The notes below the pieces were generated by a model. It ran no database searches. It saw only the letters and a list, made by a program, of their open reading frames with translations, and was not told where the DNA came from. Of a DNA stretch of 64,000 nucleotides, positions 27,954 through 33,952 are shown in pieces. Each line of letters begins with the position of its first letter. The stretch's first letter is position 1. This stretch comes from a virus (Duplodnaviria; Caudoviricetes): the IMG/VR virus record IMGVR_UViG_3300042542_005523. One strand, written 5' to 3'. The position numbers were made by a program, and so were the translations under genes.

Positions 27954-28472
27954 ATGGCTATAAAAGACATGGTAATATCAAAAGGTAGAAAAAAAGGTAT
28001 AATACACACACGGGATATCACATTGGATGATATACGTGAAGTGTTCTTTCCTAAAGACTTTAATGAAAAATATGGTTACCTGGGATACATTTACACCTCA
28101 GACGATGGCGATGTATGTAAAGTAATACGACCACTCGTACTTGCTATGGACAAGAAAGCCAAACCAAAATGGTGTCCGAGATGGTTTCTACGATTATTAG
28201 ATTTGGTTGGTAACGATAAGTCTATTGTTCGTGTGCGTAACTATAAAGTGAGTAAGCTATTCCAAAGAATAACCAAGGGAATGAGATTCATGGACTGGAA
28301 GACAAAATGGGAATGGTATGACTTACGCATCAGTATTGTAGCAGACCAAGAACTACAAGACATGGCTTCTAGGATTGAGAGAGATTATTACAAGAAGGGC
28401 AAACAAAAAGATGCTCTTATTGAATTAATGAAAGAAGATGAGAGAAATGGATTATATGATGATGTTCTATAA
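27954..28472 (+). CDS. Hypothetical phage protein
   Basis: 172-aa ORF. Confidence 0.75.
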   Translation: MAIKDMVISKGRKKGIIHTRDITLDDIREVFFPKDFNEKYGYLGYIYTSDDGDVCKVIRPLVLAMDKKAKPKWCPRWFLRLLDLVGNDKSIVRVRNYKVSKLFQRITKGMRFMDWKTKWEWYDLRISIVADQELQDMASRIERDYYKKGKQKDALIELMKEDERNGLYDDVL

Positions 28473-28484
28473 AATTAAAAAACT

Positions 28485-29306
28485 ATGAAAAACGTACATT
28501 TGTTACCAACAGACAAACCAAGCAGGTTATATAACAATAATGGTCAATTGCATTTAGATAGTGTTTCAACAACTTCTAATGGACATACGATTAACCAAAA
28601 CATCTACATCACTAATGATGAGGAGATTAAATTTGATGATTATTATTTAGGTGAAGATAATAATCTTTATTGTTTAGTATCTAAAGTTAATTCTAATGGT
28701 AAAAAAATCATTTTAACAACAGACCAAGAATTAATAGATGAGGGTATTCAACCTATAGATGATGAGTTCTTAGAATGGTTTGTTAAGAATCCAAATTGTG
28801 AGGAAGTTTTTCTTACTTATGAGTATGTGCAAGTCAATCAAGGCAATCCAATATTAAGAGGTAGTACTAATGTATCACATAGGTACGAAATCATCATTCC
28901 ACAAGAAGAACCTAAACAAGAAACACTCTCAACTAAATTGCATATAGGTGAAGTAGTTGATGAATCATACCCAGAAGCATTTAGAAAACAAGAAACACTT
29001 GAAGAACCTAAACAAGAAACACTCTCAACTAAATTGCATATAGGTGAAGTAGTTGATGAATCATACCCAGAAGCATTTAGAAAACAAGAAACACTTGAAG
29101 AAGCTGCTATTTTAAACTGCCAAAGTATAACTCATCCTTATTGTGATAGAGAAAAATTAATGTTTATTAAAGGTGCTAAATGGCAAGAGGAGAGAATGTA
29201 TAATGAGGAAGAAGTATTAGAAATCATAAGACAATATGCTCTTGAAGAACATTTAATAACATCAAGTAAACCTGATATATGGTTTGAACAATTTAAAAAG
29301 AAATAG
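28485..29306 (+). CDS. Hypothetical phage protein with KQETL repeats
   Basis: MKNVHLLPTDKPSRL start; internal exact 32-aa duplication. Confidence 0.75.
   Translation: MKNVHLLPTDKPSRLYNNNGQLHLDSVSTTSNGHTINQNIYITNDEEIKFDDYYLGEDNNLYCLVSKVNSNGKKIILTTDQELIDEGIQPIDDEFLEWFVKNPNCEEVFLTYEYVQVNQGNPILRGSTNVSHRYEIIIPQEEPKQETLSTKLHIGEVVDESYPEAFRKQETLEEPKQETLSTKLHIGEVVDESYPEAFRKQETLEEAAILNCQSITHPYCDREKLMFIKGAKWQEERMYNEEEVLEIIRQYALEEHLITSSKPDIWFEQFKKK
28905..29096 (+). repeat. Perfect 96-bp tandem duplication
   Basis: 28905-29000 is identical to 29001-29096. Confidence 0.95.
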
Positions 29307-29309
29307 GTT

Positions 29310-29687
29310 ATGATACAGGACAAAGAAAATCAAACACCACCAATAGCTGCAGCTATCGTAGTAATGGCAATATTAATTGGAATCTCATTTGCTATTTTTA
29401 AAGCGGGGGAACGTGGAGCCTCCGATAAACAACATTATGAGCAACCCGCTATCTCAGACTCGGTAAAACCAGCTCCAGAACAACCCCATGAATCAAAGGA
29501 GGATAGTTTAATAAAACAGCTATATCCTATTTGTGTGGTTGAAGTAAATAAATCTACTCATAAAGAGTATAAGTGGGAAGTGGTAGCAGAGAATGGTTTG
29601 ATGTATTATACCAATAAGAAACCAAAAATTGGTGATCCTGCTTTTTATATCGGCAGTGACAGCGAAACGTTATATTGGACTAAATAA
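29310..29687 (+). CDS. Membrane-anchored hypothetical protein
   Basis: Single N-terminal TM helix. Confidence 0.7.
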   Translation: MIQDKENQTPPIAAAIVVMAILIGISFAIFKAGERGASDKQHYEQPAISDSVKPAPEQPHESKEDSLIKQLYPICVVEVNKSTHKEYKWEVVAENGLMYYTNKKPKIGDPAFYIGSDSETLYWTK

Positions 29688-29708
29688 GTTACGGATAAAG
29701 AAGAAAAA

Positions 29709-29834
29709 ATGGATCGAATAGAAATACACTGGATGACACTTATAGTAAGTACAGTCTTATTAGCGCTACTGTTAGCCCGTCTTATAAAGGAACACATACA
29801 GGAAAAGCGCTGGGAAAATAGAAATCGTAAATAG
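29709..29834 (+). CDS. Small membrane protein (41 aa)
   Basis: Hand-translated MDRIEIHWMTLIVSTVLLALLLARLIKEHIQEKRWENRNRK. Confidence 0.45.
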   Translation: MDRIEIHWMTLIVSTVLLALLLARLIKEHIQEKRWENRNRK

Positions 29835-29862
29835 AAAGTTACGGTACAAAGATAAAACAACT

Positions 29863-30048
29863 ATGGAGAAGTTAATAACGAAATTAAAGACCTTGCAAGA
29901 CAGGCAAAAGGAATTAATGTCTATGATGGCAGAAGAAAAGTATGACAATTTTATTTCCGTTTTAAGGGCTAAAGGATATGCTGATAGCATTATAGAATTA
30001 GAGGCAAAAATAGAAGTTTTAATGGATGCTATATCCATATTAAGATAG
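29863..30048 (+). CDS. Small coiled-coil hypothetical protein
   Basis: 61-aa ORF. Confidence 0.6.
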   Translation: MEKLITKLKTLQDRQKELMSMMAEEKYDNFISVLRAKGYADSIIELEAKIEVLMDAISILR

Positions 30049-30169
30049 CAGTAAAACAATATACATCGGTGTTACTGCGGGAATCACACATATATTTGCA
30101 AAATAAATTAAAAAAGGATCTGAAAAAGACCGAAACAAAAAAGAGAATCTGATATATAAAAACCAAACA

Positions 30170-30319
30170 ATGAGAAACACTCAGAAAAATATGGCAATTA
30201 TTAACCCGGCGAATCCGAAAGGATTTATCGCAGAGGCAGTGAAGCAGCAAGGCTTTTTTGCGTGGGAGAAAGGGATATGCCCAGGTCTGGAGTTTCGATT
30301 TAGTTTACAGGAAAGATAA
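30170..30319 (+). CDS. Candidate leader peptide 1 (49 aa) of tRNA array 1
   Basis: Hand-translated MRNTQKNMAIINPANPKGFIAEAVKQQGFFAWEKGICPGLEFRFSLQER; GATATATA at 30151-30158; overlaps attenuator segment A. Confidence 0.75.
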   Translation: MRNTQKNMAIINPANPKGFIAEAVKQQGFFAWEKGICPGLEFRFSLQER

Positions 30320-30376
30320 GATTTAAACTAAATATCACATTGAAACTCCAGATCGAAAGTCTGGAGTTTTTTTTTT
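30286..30376 (+). promoter_or_regulatory. Attenuator 1: mutually exclusive antiterminator (A:B) and terminator (B:C + T10)
   Basis: A TCTGGAGTTTC 30286-96; inner stem 30298-307/30324-33; B GAAACTCCAGA 30342-52; C TCTGGAGTTT 30360-69; T run 30367-76. Confidence 0.8.
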
Positions 30377-30380
30377 ACAT

Positions 30381-30454
30381 GGGGTTATAGCTTAAATCGG
30401 TGAGAGCGACGGTCTGAAAAACCGTAGATCCGGACTCGAGGCCCGGTATCCCCA
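30381..30454 (+). tRNA. tRNA-Phe(GAA), atypical T-arm
   Basis: Anticodon arm ACGGT-CTGAAAA-ACCGT; T-loop CTCGAGG. Confidence 0.75.
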
Positions 30455-30495
30455 CAAAAGAATCTGATCAACGGATTAGATGCAGAAGATTAAAT

Positions 30496-30569
30496 ACATC
30501 ATTGGTGAAATTGGCTAATCATCTTGGACTCCAAATCCAAGGTTCTGGGTTCGAATCCTAGATGGTGTG
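30496..30569 (+). tRNA. tRNA-Trp(CCA)
   Basis: TTGGA-CTCCAAA-TCCAA; canonical T-arm. Confidence 0.92.
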
Positions 30570-30602
30570 CAGAAATAAGTTCTTTGACATATTGGAAACC
30601 AT

Positions 30603-30675
30603 AATTCCTTAGCTCAGTTGGTAGAGCGCCTCCCTTACATGGAGGAGGCCGCAGGTTCGAGCCCTGCAGGGATTA
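30603..30675 (+). tRNA. tRNA-Val(TAC)
   Basis: CCTCC-CTTACAT-GGAGG; full cloverleaf. Confidence 0.93.
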
Positions 30676-30684
30676 CTTAATTAT

Positions 30685-30757
30685 GCTCGGTTCGTCTAGA
30701 GGCCTAGGACATCCCCCTTTCACGGGGAAAACATGGATTCGAATTCCATACCGAGTA
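30685..30757 (+). tRNA. tRNA-Glu(TTC)
   Basis: TCCCC-CTTTCAC-GGGGA; full cloverleaf. Confidence 0.92.
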
Positions 30758-30830
30758 CAAACATATTAAACAAGAAATTGCCTCGCTAAACTAACCAGGT
30801 TTAGCAAGACAAAAACAGGTTTAGCATAAT

Positions 30831-30918
30831 GACCTCGTGGCGCAATTGGTAGCGCAACTGACTTTTAATCAGTAGGGAAGCTGTATAGCCGTTGTGGGTT
30901 CGAGCCCCACCGGGGTCA
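30831..30918 (+). tRNA. tRNA-Lys(TTT) with 20-nt variable region
   Basis: ACTGA-CTTTTAA-TCAGT; variable region 30874-30893. Confidence 0.85.
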
Positions 30919-30924
30919 CTTTAG

Positions 30925-31033
30925 CGATGGTGGTAACGCGCTTTGAGGAGAAAGTAGCTTTGGACCTGCAAGTCCAGTCAAGCGAAGAGTATCCAATTAG
31001 GAGGATAATTCCACTCGTCACTTGCAGGTGACG
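30925..31033 (+). ncRNA. Candidate structured RNA with complementary hairpin loops
   Basis: Hairpins TGGAC-CTGCAA-GTCCA and CGTCAC-TTGCAG-GTGACG with complementary loops, plus two more stems. Confidence 0.55.
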
Positions 31034-31038
31034 TAAAT

Positions 31039-31112
31039 GGGGTAGTAGCTCAGCTGGTTAGAGCACATGACTGTTAATCATGTGGTCATAGGTTCGAATC
31101 CTATCTACCCCG
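31039..31112 (+). tRNA. tRNA-Asn(GTT)
   Basis: CATGA-CTGTTAA-TCATG. Confidence 0.95.
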
Positions 31113-31119
31113 CTAAAAA

Positions 31120-31192
31120 GCGGAAGTAGCTCAATTGGTAGAGCGCGGCCTTGCCAAGGCCGAGGTTGCCGGATCATTCCCGGTCTTCCGCT
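31120..31192 (+). tRNA. tRNA-Gly(GCC)
   Basis: CGGCC-TTGCCAA-GGCCG; T-loop ATCATTC. Confidence 0.88.
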
Positions 31193-31200
31193 CAAAAAAT

Positions 31201-31273
31201 GCGATAGTAGCTCAATTGGTAGAGCACCGTCCTTCCAAGTCGGGGGTCGCAGGTTCGAGCCCTGTCTATCGCT
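31201..31273 (+). tRNA. tRNA-Gly(TCC)
   Basis: Loop CTTCCAA; acceptor GCGATAG/CTATCGC. Confidence 0.92.
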
Positions 31274-31284
31274 CACCCAAAGAT

Positions 31285-31356
31285 AGCGAGGTAGCTCAGA
31301 GGCAGAGCAACCGACTCATATTCGGTAGGTCAGGATCTCGGAATTCCTCCTCGCTA
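31285..31356 (+). tRNA. tRNA-Met or Ile2 (CAT), atypical T-arm
   Basis: ACCGA-CTCATAT-TCGGT; T-loop CTCGGAA; lacks initiator hallmarks. Confidence 0.72.
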
Positions 31357-31362
31357 CTATAT

Positions 31363-31433
31363 TGTCCCTTCGTCTAAGGGCAGGACAGCTGATTTTGATT
31401 CAGCTAATGGTGGTTCGAATCCATCAGGGACAA
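31363..31433 (+). tRNA. tRNA-Gln(TTG)
   Basis: GCTGA-TTTTGAT-TCAGC. Confidence 0.92.
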
Positions 31434-31444
31434 CAATTTAAAAT

Positions 31445-31519
31445 ACTCAGGTAGCTCAATTGGTTAGAGCACCTCGCTGATACCGAGGAGGCCTGAAGGT
31501 TCGAGTCCTTCTCTGAGTA
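31445..31519 (+). tRNA. tRNA-Ile(GAT)
   Basis: CCTCG-CTGATAC-CGAGG. Confidence 0.92.
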
Positions 31520-31526
31520 CTTAATT

Positions 31527-31601
31527 CGGGATGTAGATCAGTTGGATTAGATCGCCTGGTTTGGGACCAGGAGGCCGCAGGTTCGAGTCCTGCTATCCCG
31601 A
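31527..31601 (+). tRNA. tRNA-Pro(TGG)
   Basis: CCTGG-TTTGGGA-CCAGG. Confidence 0.94.
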
Positions 31602-31608
31602 CTAAAAT

Positions 31609-31681
31609 GGGCCGGTAGCTTAAGAGGCTAAAGCGCTGCACTTGCAATGCAGAATATTGGGTTCGAGTCCCACCGTGTCCA
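31609..31681 (+). tRNA. tRNA-Ala(TGC), irregular acceptor stem
   Basis: CTGCA-CTTGCAA-TGCAG; G3-U70 identity pair present. Confidence 0.82.
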
Positions 31682-31689
31682 CTAAATTT

Positions 31690-31762
31690 GCTCTCATAGC
31701 TCAATGGTCAGAGTCGGACGCTTATATCGTCAAGGTTGCAGGTTCGAGTCCTGTTGGGAGTA
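31690..31762 (+). tRNA. tRNA-Ile(TAT)
   Basis: GACG-CTTATAT-CGTC; canonical T-arm and acceptor. Confidence 0.85.
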
Positions 31763-31889
31763 CAAGTTTCCAATATAAAATTAAAAGTTCATCTGGTTTT
31801 CTGCGGAATCCTGTTCTATATTTGTAAAGTAATTAAAAACTTAGGCATGAAGGAAGGAAAGGAGTTTAAACTAAAAAAGGGTAACTAGA

Positions 31890-31988
31890 ATGGATCAAAT
31901 CGGACACGTCGTTCTCTTTACAATAATAGGATTGCTAATAGCAATGTTAGTATATCTAGCGGCATGGCAACCTAAAAAATGGAAATAA
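31890..31988 (+). CDS. Small membrane peptide (32 aa)
   Basis: Hand-translated MDQIGHVVLFTIIGLLIAMLVYLAAWQPKKWK. Confidence 0.45.
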   Translation: MDQIGHVVLFTIIGLLIAMLVYLAAWQPKKWK

Positions 31989-32210
31989 TGGGATACTGGC
32001 TCTGGGCAGATTGAAAACACACAGGTTAAAATCCTGTACTGATTACAAAAATAAAACCTCAACAAATAAAGTTGTGAGTTGTATTGAAATAGCCAATTAT
32101 AAGCCAACATAAAGCTGTTGGGTGCAGATGGAGTAATTAACCAGGAGCGCAGGCACTGATTGTGACGGTACAACAAATACCCCTCTGAGTTTGGGTTTTA
32201 TTTTAAATAT

Positions 32211-32308
32211 AGTTAGGTGGCGGAATGGTAGACGCACAAGACGGGCGATGCATTTAAAACAGAAATAAGCCTGGTCGGTTTTTACAGGTTCGAATCCTGT
32301 CCTGACTG
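32211..32308 (+). ncRNA. tRNA-like element 1 (48-nt central insert, no anticodon loop)
   Basis: AGTTAGG-TGGCGGAATGGTAGACGC-[insert]-ACAGGTTCGAATCCTGT-CCTGACT-G. Confidence 0.78.
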
Positions 32309-32321
32309 CTAAAAGAAAGTT

Positions 32322-32564
32322 ATGAATAAAATAGAGAATTACAATTTTGACAAAAATGATTGGGCACATTTCCATGATGTTATTTTAGATGTGACTTGGA
32401 ATGATGGTAAAGTGAATCTAAATCAAAAAGAAATGGAACAATTATTTTGGGAGTTACCAGAAGATATGAGAATTGATGCTCAAAAATATGGTATGAATGA
32501 TACACCTTGGAGAGATAGTCTGCGGGTATGGTATGAACGAAATAAAATGGGTAAGACTGTTTAA
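32322..32564 (+). CDS. Hypothetical protein
   Basis: 80-aa ORF between tRNA-like elements. Confidence 0.7.
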   Translation: MNKIENYNFDKNDWAHFHDVILDVTWNDGKVNLNQKEMEQLFWELPEDMRIDAQKYGMNDTPWRDSLRVWYERNKMGKTV

Positions 32565-32579
32565 TTGGTTATAAAACAT

Positions 32580-32698
32580 AGTCAGGTGGCGGAATTGGTA
32601 GACGCTGCTGTGGGGCGACACCACTCTTTTAAAAACAGCATAAGCTCTTGCAATGATGTACACATTGCAAGGTACAGGTTCAAGTCCTGTCCTGACTA
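32580..32698 (+). ncRNA. tRNA-like element 2 (68-nt central insert)
   Basis: Same scaffold; TGCTG/CAGCA stem with expanded loop and 9-bp CTTGCAATG/CATTGCAAG arm. Confidence 0.78.
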
Positions 32699-32700
32699 CT

Positions 32701-32779
32701 CTGGGCTCAGTAAAGCCTCTTATCGTAAGATAACGTAACTGAAGTGGATAACCTAGAAATAGGTGACGCTCCACTATGG
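32701..32779 (+). ncRNA. Candidate structured RNA with two GNRA hairpins
   Basis: TTATC-GTAA-GATAA inside TCAGT/ACTGA; ACCTA-GAAA-TAGGT inside AGTGGA/TCCACT. Confidence 0.55.
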
Positions 32780-32859
32780 AGTCAGGTGGCGCAATTGGAA
32801 AACGCAACTCGCGGTGTACACAGAGGAGTGAATTACAGGTTCGAGTCCTGTCCTGACTA
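32780..32859 (+). ncRNA. tRNA-like element 3 (29-nt central insert)
   Basis: Same scaffold; ACTC/GAGT stem with 15-nt loop. Confidence 0.75.
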
Positions 32860-32861
32860 CA

Positions 32862-33070
32862 CGTTCCGACTAATCATCGGATAGTATGCCTCATACGATG
32901 AGAAGTGGTGTGATAGCCACAGAGGAGAGTTGAAGGTTCGTATATACAAACCTTCCAGTTGACTACTGACGTCGGTAAAACCCTTCACGAGGGGAGCAAG
33001 ACAGTCTATTCCTAACTCAGCAATGAGGACAGCCATATCACCTGTAAGTTGGATAAATTAGGGTGTTTTT
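32862..33070 (+). ncRNA. Candidate multi-hairpin structured RNA (about 205 nt)
   Basis: At least six hand-found hairpins and long-range CCGAC/GTCGG and TAGT/ACTA pairings; no ORF. Confidence 0.55.
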
Positions 33071-33074
33071 ATAT

Positions 33075-33237
33075 AGTCAGGTGGCGGAATTGGTAGACGC
33101 TATCGTACTCAAGTAAGGCAAAGCAATGTAGATGAAACGTCGTCGCATGGTGAGTTAACACCTAAAAGTCTTTGGACTTGAAATCCAAAAAACCTTGAGT
33201 ATGTTCTACGATACAGGTTCGAATCCTGTCCTGACTA
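33075..33237 (+). ncRNA. tRNA-like element 4 (112-nt central insert)
   Basis: Same scaffold; insert closed by TACTCAAG/CTTGAGTA; contains TTTGGA-CTTGAAA-TCCAAA. Confidence 0.78.
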
Positions 33238-33262
33238 CAAAAATTAAAATCTAAGGTAATAA

Positions 33263-33544
33263 ATGAAATGCTACGAATGTAAACACAGAGGAAATGTAAT
33301 AGGCTCAGCTCATAGCAGCTGTGGTGTTATCAGAAGCACAGGTAGTGAGAAGGGACAGGAGTTAGAATTCATGCTGGCGATGGGGCAGGTCGAAATGAAA
33401 GATCAAGATGGTAACCCTATTGTTGATATAGACCCTCATGGTATTCAAAACGGATGGGCTGCTTGGCCTATAGATTTCGATCCAGTTTGGATAAGATCCT
33501 GTAAATTCTATACAGAAAAAGAGAAAACAGGTGAATTGAAATAA
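33263..33544 (+). CDS. Cys-containing hypothetical phage protein
   Basis: CYECKHR...SAHSSC...GWAAWPIDFDPVWIRSC. Confidence 0.75.
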   Translation: MKCYECKHRGNVIGSAHSSCGVIRSTGSEKGQELEFMLAMGQVEMKDQDGNPIVDIDPHGIQNGWAAWPIDFDPVWIRSCKFYTEKEKTGELK

Positions 33545-33553
33545 ATAACATAT

Positions 33554-33627
33554 GCTACCGTGGTGTAACTGAATAACACGTCTAACTACGGATTAGAAGA
33601 GCGAGGGTTTGAATCCTTCCGGTAGTA
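33554..33627 (+). tRNA. tRNA-Arg(ACG)
   Basis: TCTAA-CTACGGA-TTAGA. Confidence 0.9.
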
Positions 33628-33685
33628 CAAAAAATAATCGAAATTAGAAGAAACAAAAAGATGTTCTGATATATAATAACATAAT

Positions 33686-33778
33686 ATGAAAAACTTGATC
33701 CATACATCCTTACATTTATCCACCACGAGTACCACTTGTGATTCGGATTTATTGTGGAGGAGGCTAATGGATCAATAA
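33686..33778 (+). CDS. Candidate leader peptide 2 (30 aa) of tRNA array 2
   Basis: Hand-translated MKNLIHTSLHLSTTSTTCDSDLLWRRLMDQ; GATATATA at 33668-33675. Confidence 0.78.
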   Translation: MKNLIHTSLHLSTTSTTCDSDLLWRRLMDQ

Positions 33779-33830
33779 TAATATTGAATTTTGATTCTGA
33801 AAAAGCCTCCCCTAAAAAGGAGGCTTTTTT
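33755..33830 (+). promoter_or_regulatory. Attenuator 2: antiterminator (A:B) versus terminator (B:C + T run)
   Basis: A GGAGGCT 33759-65; inner TCAATA-ATAA-TATTGA; B AAAAAGCCTCC 33800-10; C GGAGGCTTTTTT 33819-30. Confidence 0.8.
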
Positions 33831-33860
33831 ATTGGCTCTTTGATTTATTAGATTTAACAC

Positions 33861-33944
33861 GGAAGAGGAATCACAGCGGCCTGTGAGCTAGTCTTGAAAA
33901 CTATGCGTACCTCCGGGTATTGGGATCGACACCTACCTCTTCCG
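33861..33944 (+). tRNA. tRNA-Ser(TGA), 8/4 acceptor/T-stem type
   Basis: GGAAGAGG/CCTCTTCC 8 bp; T-stem TGGG/CCTA 4 bp; loop CTTGAAA; 6-bp D-stem; variable arm. Confidence 0.8.
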
Positions 33945-33952
33945 CTTTTTCC

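Noticed and set aside
30784-30826. Third attenuator inside array 1 (GCTAAAC/GTTTAGC hairpin with a repeated CAGGTTTAGCA)
   Set aside because: No T run and no leader ORF; it may be a processing or pause hairpin, but support is insufficient.
30919-31035. HDV-like (theta) ribozyme after tRNA-Lys
   Set aside because: A GCGAA is present, but I could not build the nested P1/P2/P3 double pseudoknot. It is kept only as an unassigned structured RNA.
31609-31681. tRNA-Cys reading of the TTGCAA loop
   Set aside because: The 7-nt loop CTTGCAA puts TGC at 34-36, and G3-U70 supports Ala.
32021-32045. Sixth complete tRNA-like element
   Set aside because: Only a degenerate T-arm and 3' acceptor strand (ACAGGTTAAAATCCTGTACTGATTA) is present, with no matching 5' half upstream.
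32211-33237. tRNA-like elements as a CRISPR mini-array or as tmRNA
   Set aside because: Units are paired 5' and 3' tRNA halves, not single repeats, with irregular spacing. There is no G3-U70 Ala acceptor or tag reading frame as in tmRNA.
33861-33944. tRNA-Sec
   Set aside because: It has a GGAAGA start and a 6-bp D-stem, but the anticodon reads TGA (Ser), not TCA, and the fold is 8/4, not 8/5.
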